Assembly: GCA_963779415.1 (NCBI GenBank)
Contig: CAVZYA010000002.1
Coordinates: forward strand, 992,001 to 1,056,000
Source: an uncultured Acidobacteriota bacterium
Lineage (GTDB): Bacteria; Acidobacteriota; Thermoanaerobaculia; UBA5066
Length of the DNA stretch: 64,000 nucleotides
Reading direction: 5' to 3'
Under the pieces are notes generated by a model, which saw only the letters and a list, made by a program, of their open reading frames with translations, was not told the DNA's origin and searched no databases. Positions within the stretch are counted from its first letter, which is position 1. Each line of letters starts with the position of its first letter. Shown one piece after another: positions 58,572 to 64,000 of this stretch. The translations under genes and the position numbers were made by a program.

Positions 58572-58745
58572 ACTTGAATTGTAGGGCCGTAATACGCCGC
58601 GTTCAACCCGCGCTAGAATCGTCGTCGAGGTCACGCCCGGCGAATGGGAGGGCGAGTACATTTCTTCCCGGTGACGGCACGACCCTGATGGCCGAACAGG
58701 CGTCGTCCTTCTGCTGATCGCCTCGAGAACCGTCTCGAGTTCGAG

Positions 58746-60293
58746 ATGCTGCTCTCCGATCTCTCCTCGAGGTTCATCAACCTCCCTCCGCCAGAGGTGG
58801 ACAGCGAGATCGAAGACGCGTTAGGCCGTGTCTGCGAGCTTCTCGGCATCGATCTGGCGGTGCTCTGGCAGTGGTCGACTCCACGCCCGAATCTCCTCAC
58901 TCCTACCCATGGCTATCCGGGCCTGGACGGTCAGCAGCCTCCCGAGCCGCTGCACCAGGAGCACTTTCCCTGGGTGGTCCAGCAGATGCGGGCCGGACGC
59001 AGGCTCGCCCTCTCCTCGCTGGAGGAGCTGCCAGCGGAGGCCGCCGTCGACCTGCGGAGCGCCCGGCTTCGGGGCATCAAGTCGAATCTGAGCCTTCCGT
59101 TGTCGGTGGGGGGCGAGCCGCCCGTCGGCGTTTTGGCCTTCAACACCCTTCGGGCGGAGCGCGACTGGCCGGACGCACTGGTGAAGCGGCTGCAGCTGGT
59201 CGGGCAAGTCTTCACCAATGCGCTGGCCCGGAGGCGCGCCGACGAAGCACACCGCGCGAACGAGGCTCGCCTGGCGTCGGGAGCCGACCTCGCCGGCCTC
59301 GGGTTCTACGAGGTGGACTTCGCCAAGGGCGTCATGTATTTCGACGACCGGCTTCGTGACCTCTGCGGCTTTCCTCCGGAACGGGAACAGGGGCTCGAAG
59401 CCCTCGAATACTGGATGGAGCATCTCCATCCCGACGATCGCGCACACGTGCTGGACTTGCGCCAACAGCTGGAAGACGGGAGGCTGGAGCGCCTCTCTTT
59501 CGAATACCGCTACCTGCATCCGGACCGCGGGGAGACGTGGATCCAGCACCTGTCGGGCGTCGGCGCGCGAGATGCCGCCGGGCGCAGGGTCCGGACGTTC
59601 GGCGTCCTCCGCGACGTCACGGAGGGCAAGCGGGCCGAGGAGGCGCTGCACGACCTGAGCCGGCGCTTGATCCGGGCCCAGGAAGAGGAGCGCGCGCTGC
59701 TGGCTCGCGAACTGCACGACGACCTGACGCAGCGGCTCGCCGTGCTGGCGATCGACGTCGGCCGCGCCGAGCTTGCCGCGCCTGACGGGGACCAGACCGA
59801 AACGCTGCGGTCCGTTCGCGAGGGGCTCGTCCGCCTCAGCGAGGACGTCCATTCCCTCGCGTACCAGCTGCACCCGTCGGTCCTCGAGGAGCTGGGCCTG
59901 GCCGAGGCGCTCCGGACGGAATGCGAGCGGCTCGGACGCCAGGGCAGGGTCGACCTTTCGATAAAGCTCGATCCTCTGCCCGACGTCGTCGGAAGGGACG
60001 CCGCGCTCTGTCTCTTCCGCGTGGCGCAGGAGGCTCTGAACAACGTGATTCGCCATTCCCATGCGCTCGCCGCGACCGTCGACCTGCATCCGATGGACGG
60101 GGGCCTCCTCCTCGCCGTCCGGGACGATGGCATCGGCTTCGATCCGGCAGGCGGGAGAACGAGGAGGAGCCTCGGCCTGGCGAGCATGCGCGAACGCGTG
60201 AAGCTCTTGAACGGCACGCTCGACGTCGAGAGCGCGCCCGGCCAGGGCACCGCGATCGTCGCCTGGGTTCCCGCGGAAGAAGAGGCGAGATGA
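58746..60293 (+). CDS. GAF-PAS sensor histidine kinase (HisKA_3 type); true start may be ATG 58688 across a 1-nt frameshift
   Basis: HPDD PAS, QEEER..LARELHDD, QEALNN, DDGIGF, GLASMRER. Confidence 0.92.
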   Translation: MLLSDLSSRFINLPPPEVDSEIEDALGRVCELLGIDLAVLWQWSTPRPNLLTPTHGYPGLDGQQPPEPLHQEHFPWVVQQMRAGRRLALSSLEELPAEAAVDLRSARLRGIKSNLSLPLSVGGEPPVGVLAFNTLRAERDWPDALVKRLQLVGQVFTNALARRRADEAHRANEARLASGADLAGLGFYEVDFAKGVMYFDDRLRDLCGFPPEREQGLEALEYWMEHLHPDDRAHVLDLRQQLEDGRLERLSFEYRYLHPDRGETWIQHLSGVGARDAAGRRVRTFGVLRDVTEGKRAEEALHDLSRRLIRAQEEERALLARELHDDLTQRLAVLAIDVGRAELAAPDGDQTETLRSVREGLVRLSEDVHSLAYQLHPSVLEELGLAEALRTECERLGRQGRVDLSIKLDPLPDVVGRDAALCLFRVAQEALNNVIRHSHALAATVDLHPMDGGLLLAVRDDGIGFDPAGGRTRRSLGLASMRERVKLLNGTLDVESAPGQGTAIVAWVPAEEEAR

Positions 60294-60940
60294 GCCTCCC
60301 GCGCCGTCCCCGGGTGCTCCTCGCCGACGACCACCGCCTGGTGGCTGAGGCGCTGAAGAGCCTCCTCTCCCCCGAGTACGATCTGGTGGGCGTTGTGGAG
60401 GACGGGCGCGCGCTGGTCGAGGCGACCCGGACGCTGCGGCCGGACGTCATCGTTGCCGACGTCACCATGCCCCACCTCAACGGCATCGACGCCCTGATCC
60501 AGCTCCGGCAGGGCGGAGACCGGGTGCCCGTGGTCTTTCTCACCATGCACCGGGACGTGACCTTTGCTCGGCGCGCGCTCGACGCCGGAGCGTCGGGCTT
60601 CGTCCTCAAGCACTCGGCGCCGGCCGAGCTGATTTCGGCCATCCGCGCCGCGCTCGAGGGGAAGACCTACCTCACGCCCCAGCTCGCGGGGGAGGTTCTG
60701 GGAGCCATGAAGCAGGGGCCCGAAAAAGCCGCTGACCCGGTCGCCTCCCTCACGCCGCGGCAGCGCGAGGTCCTTCAGCTCCTGGCGGAGGGGCGTTCGG
60801 CCAAGGAGATCGCCTCGCGTCTCGGGATCTCGGCCCGGACGGTGGAGTTCCACAAGTACCAGATCATGGAGACGCTGGACCTCCACACGGGCGCCGAGCT
60901 GACCCACTTCGCCATCAAGCACGGCCTCGTCGAGCTCTGA
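60290..60940 (+). CDS. NarL/LuxR-family response regulator
   Basis: LADDH, DVTMP..NG, LTPRQREVL, TVEFHK. Confidence 0.93.
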   Translation: MSLPRRPRVLLADDHRLVAEALKSLLSPEYDLVGVVEDGRALVEATRTLRPDVIVADVTMPHLNGIDALIQLRQGGDRVPVVFLTMHRDVTFARRALDAGASGFVLKHSAPAELISAIRAALEGKTYLTPQLAGEVLGAMKQGPEKAADPVASLTPRQREVLQLLAEGRSAKEIASRLGISARTVEFHKYQIMETLDLHTGAELTHFAIKHGLVEL

Positions 60941-60942
60941 CC
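60873..60942 (+). repeat. Direct repeat copy B1 (3' end of the response regulator gene)
   Basis: 68/70 identical to 61967-62036. Confidence 0.95.
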
Positions 60943-60974
60943 GTTCTCGTCCGGGGCGGGAGAGCCGCGGCGAA

Positions 60975-61637
60975 CTACTCTGGAACAGCGCTGGCCGTGA
61001 GTTGGCTGATCAGCCAGTGCCGGAACGACACCAGCTCCTCAGTTTCACGGGCGCCCCAGCCGAGCGCTTTCAACGCGGGACGCGGATTGAAGTCCTTTAG
61101 CACCCAGGCCAGCGTCAACGGCGAGAACCCGGCGTCCTTTTTCGGGGCGTCGCGCAACCCCGCCTGGAGATCGCCCCCTGCGTCCAGCAGCGCCTTGAGG
61201 TCTACCAGGTCACGGGTTTCGGATCGCTCGAGCAGCGTCGCAAGCTTGCTGGCGAGGATCTCGTGCTTGCTGTCCACCGATTTGGCCGCGCCTTCAACAA
61301 CAGCCTGCTCTGGAGGTTCGATCGCCGCGAAGGGCTCGGCGACGAGGTCAACGACGCAGGCGTCTCGTCCGTCCGACACACGGAGCACGCTGAAGGCCGG
61401 TGCCGTCCTGAGCACATGAACGTCGAGGCCTGCCGCCCGCAGGGCCGACACGGTGTCGGCCACCACAGTGCCGAGCTCAGAGCGATTCCTCCAGAAGAGG
61501 TCCAGATCCCGCGTCTCGCGGTGACCGAGGTGCACACCCGCCAAGGCGCCGCCGCCTGTCAACGTCCAGTGCGGGGTGATCCCGGCGAGCACCCCGAGGA
61601 TGCGGCGCTGGAGCGCCGTGAGCCTATCGCCAGACAC
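60975..61637 (-). CDS. AbiEii/MenT-like nucleotidyltransferase toxin
   Basis: LTGGGAL...HRETRDLDLF; ASKL.TL..R.E.RD..D. Confidence 0.85.
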   Translation of the reverse strand: MSGDRLTALQRRILGVLAGITPHWTLTGGGALAGVHLGHRETRDLDLFWRNRSELGTVVADTVSALRAAGLDVHVLRTAPAFSVLRVSDGRDACVVDLVAEPFAAIEPPEQAVVEGAAKSVDSKHEILASKLATLLERSETRDLVDLKALLDAGGDLQAGLRDAPKKDAGFSPLTLAWVLKDFNPRPALKALGWGARETEELVSFRHWLISQLTASAVPE

Positions 61638-61926
61638 GGCCCTGGCCCTCCCACGTGTCGAAGAGCCACGACCAGAAATCGCGCGTGCGCCCGAGGTATC
61701 GCGTGAGCCGCGGCCAGAGATCCCGGATCTCGCGGGGGCGGACGAACAGGAACACGTCGTCCGGCTTGGCCTGACGCATGAGCTTGCCGACCAAATAGGC
61801 GCGAACTTCCGGGTCAGGATCCGCAAGCCCCCTGCGGAACTGGTTCAGTGTGAGACCGCAGTCCCAGAGGAAGTAAGGACGATCCTGCGCGTCGGCCAGC
61901 CGCTCCGGAGGCGTGTAACTCAGCAC
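61624..61926 (-). CDS. Small putative antitoxin with PYFLWD motif
   Basis: 100 aa, RPYFLWD...KLMRQAKPDDVF; overlaps the toxin start. Confidence 0.7.
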   Translation of the reverse strand: MLSYTPPERLADAQDRPYFLWDCGLTLNQFRRGLADPDPEVRAYLVGKLMRQAKPDDVFLFVRPREIRDLWPRLTRYLGRTRDFWSWLFDTWEGQGRVWR

Positions 61927-61966
61927 GGAGCGAGCGTACCAGAGCGGGGGGACCGTATGAAGCAGT

Positions 61967-62036
61967 CGCTGGACCTTCACACGGGCGCCGAGCTGACCCA
62001 CTTCTCCATCAAGCACGGCCTCGTCGAGCTCTGACC
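61967..62036 (+). repeat. Direct repeat copy B2 (orphan duplicate of the regulator 3' end)
   Basis: Encodes LDLHTGAELTHFSIKHGLVEL*. Confidence 0.95.
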
Positions 62037-62168
62037 TCGTAGATTCCCTGCGGCGGGCCCCGTAATTCTCCGAGGTCACAACCGGCAGAAGCGCGGCTAG
62101 CCTCCGGCTCGTAGTTGGGTGCCGGCAGGAACCGCGACGAGCACGGTCGCGGGGAAGGAATCGCCCCA

Positions 62169-62612
62169 ATGCCCGAGAAGCCCCTGAGCTGCGTTCTCCT
62201 CGCGGACCGCCACCATGGCCTCACGGAAGGCGTCCGCGGGCTGCTCGAGACGGCGTTCGGAACGGTGGTCATGGTTGCCGACGAGGCGTCACTGCTGGAG
62301 GGGGCGGGCCGGCTGAGGCCCGACGTGGCGGTCGTGGATCTCTCGCTGGCAAGGGACAGCAGCCTGGGCTGGCTGCACGCGCTGAAGGACCGCTGTCCGG
62401 GTCTCAGGGTGATCGCCCTCAGCGTCCACGACGAAGCGAACATCCGCAGGGCGGCGCTCGAGGCGGGCGCCGATGCGTTCGTTCTGAAACGGGCGATCGT
62501 GACCGACCTCCTGCCGGCGGTCGACCGCCTCCGTGAGGAGGCCGAGGTGCCCTCGCCGGGGAGCGGAAGCGCGCCCGTTCCGGCAGGTGACGCGAGGAAG
62601 AACCCGCAATGA
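62169..62612 (+). CDS. Single-domain response regulator (REC only)
   Basis: VLLADRH, VVDLSL, LSVHDE, AFVLK. Confidence 0.8.
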   Translation: MPEKPLSCVLLADRHHGLTEGVRGLLETAFGTVVMVADEASLLEGAGRLRPDVAVVDLSLARDSSLGWLHALKDRCPGLRVIALSVHDEANIRRAALEAGADAFVLKRAIVTDLLPAVDRLREEAEVPSPGSGSAPVPAGDARKNPQ

Positions 62613-63374
62613 CGACGTCTTGCCGGAGCCTGCGTCGAGCCGTACTCGCGAGAGCGGCGGTCGCCTTGGCGATTTCTCTCATCGCATACCCCGCCGCCGC
62701 GGAGGACGACGCCTTCCGGAACACCGCCGAGATCTACCTGATGGCCCCGTCGATGTCGGGGACGGTCGGCTTCGGTCCGCTCGGTACGGAGATCGATGTC
62801 CCGTCCTCGAGGATCTTCGAGAACCTCAAGTTCGCGGTCCTCGCGGACTACCGGGGAGAGGCCCCGAAATGGGCCGTGGCGGCCGACGTCGTCTACATGA
62901 ACCTCGGGGGGAGCGGGACCGGCTCCCTGGACCGCGCCTCGGCCGACGTCGGCGTCGAGGAGTTCATCGTCGACCTCGCCGGGGCGTGGCGGTTCTCGAA
63001 GGCGTTCGAGCTTCTCGCGGGGGGGAGGTACACGCGGCTCCGGACGACCGTCACGTTGACGAGCCCCCTGAAAGTCCGCGACGCGAAGGTCGACGAGGAC
63101 TGGTTCGACCCGTTCGTCGGCGCCCAGGCGTTCCTGCCGCTCTCGAAGGCCCTCCTGCTCCAGCTCCGCGGTGATGTCGGCGGCTTCGGGGTCGGCTGCA
63201 AATTCACGTGGCAGGTGATGGCCCGCCTGAACTGGCAGGTCTCGCCGGTTCGTCCGCCTCGGCCTCGGCTACCGCTGGCTCGACCAGGACTTCGAGACGG
63301 GCTCGGGAGTCGACTACTTCCGATGGAAGGTCCTGACCTAGGGCCCGTTGATCGCGGCGGGCGTCACGTTCTAG
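62609..63374 (+). CDS. Outer-membrane beta-barrel protein with frameshift ~63250 and in-frame TAG at 63339 (pseudogene or sequencing error)
   Basis: Signal peptide, DVVYMNL, AGGRY, WFDPFVG, RGDVGGFG, LGYRWL, ends GP...GVTF*. Confidence 0.7.
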
Positions 63375-63493
63375 GAATTCGACGAGAAGGGGGGACCGCG
63401 AGGAGTGAAAGGAGATACGGAGTCATGACGAAGAAGACGAGCAAGAGCGGCGAACCGACCGCCTGTTCTCCCGGAGATCTCACGAGAAAGGAA

Positions 63494-64000
63494 ATGACCA
63501 TGGCTGACAACGCGAAGCAGATCAAAGAGACCACGTTCGAAAACACGAAACTGAACCTCGTGAAGCTGGATTGGAAAGAGGTGTATTACACCAACTGTCC
63601 CCTCGTGTCCGCCAGCAACGTGGACCAGGAGCTGGGCTGGACGCGGGAGGAGTACAAGAAGATCGGCGTGAAGTACGCCTTCCTGCGCTCGACCCGCGAG
63701 AACGACTGGTATCCGCACTACATCCACAATCTCGACAACCTCATCCGCTTCGGCGGGCTCTTCCCGCCCGTCCAGGTTCACGCCGACATCCGCAGGACGA
63801 GGCTCCTGGGCGTGACGCACGTGCCGCGCGAAGGTGGCGTCATGATGGTGCGCGCCAAGGACGACATCTACCGGATGAGCGATCTGAAGGGGAAGAAGAT
63901 CGGGCTCTCGAAGAGCCTGAACCGGGTCAAGAACGACTGGTGGCGCATCCAGGAGCACCAGGGCATCGAGCTGATGCTCCGGTTGCACGGCATGACCATG
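63494..64000 (+). CDS. DszB/SsuA-fold protein (desulfinase-like), 5' part; runs off window
   Basis: YYTNCP, HYIH, IRFGGLFPP, TRLLG, DLKGKKIG; AAAGGA RBS. Confidence 0.75.
   Translation, partial: MTMADNAKQIKETTFENTKLNLVKLDWKEVYYTNCPLVSASNVDQELGWTREEYKKIGVKYAFLRSTRENDWYPHYIHNLDNLIRFGGLFPPVQVHADIRRTRLLGVTHVPREGGVMMVRAKDDIYRMSDLKGKKIGLSKSLNRVKNDWWRIQEHQGIELMLRLHGMTM

Noticed and set aside
57885-58725. Flanking direct repeat around the RHH-VapC pair (TCCTTC.GC.G)
   Set aside because: About 15/22 with a gap, too weak to support.
63339-63341. In-frame TAG in the OM barrel gene as pyrrolysine or recoding
   Set aside because: Single instance at a probable CAG position next to a frameshift; no pyl genes seen, and TAG ends other genes in the window normally.
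25044-63374. Frameshifts in rlmI, kinase, pirin, permease 1, VWA protein, DUF3300, ydiK, HK and OM barrel as programmed frameshifting, phase variation or mass pseudogenisation
   Set aside because: They are scattered across unrelated genes, several sit in short G/C runs (e.g. ~26020, ~36725) and the flanking frames are otherwise intact. Long-read indel error is the simpler explanation; read-level checking is needed.

Overview
This is a high-GC bacterial chromosomal segment, probably Acidobacteriota (Thermoanaerobaculia-like). That assignment is inferred from the VWFA-type secreted protein, the OmpA type and the TolB/TPR kinase. The left part holds a tRNA(CAT)-tilS-hpt-ftsH...folP-glmM block interrupted by two OmpA paralogs and an inverted thiolase. 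The middle is a mosaic of peptidases (M64, tricorn S41, Pip), transporters, malic enzyme, UbiD and two PLP decarboxylases. Four toxin-antitoxin-like loci hold five two-gene modules. About nine genes carry frameshifts, most likely long-read indel errors. Most notable observations: (1) two TA loci are bracketed by direct repeats that duplicate the end of the neighbouring host gene, with no integrase or transposase in the window; (2) a MacAB-like type VII ABC operon has one adaptor, one ATPase and five permeases, four of them tandem paralogs; (3) the Hpt between tilS and ftsH has a degenerate catalytic motif; (4) a DszB-like protein with Cys/His/Arg motifs starts at the right edge. All calls come from motif recognition by eye, without database searches.
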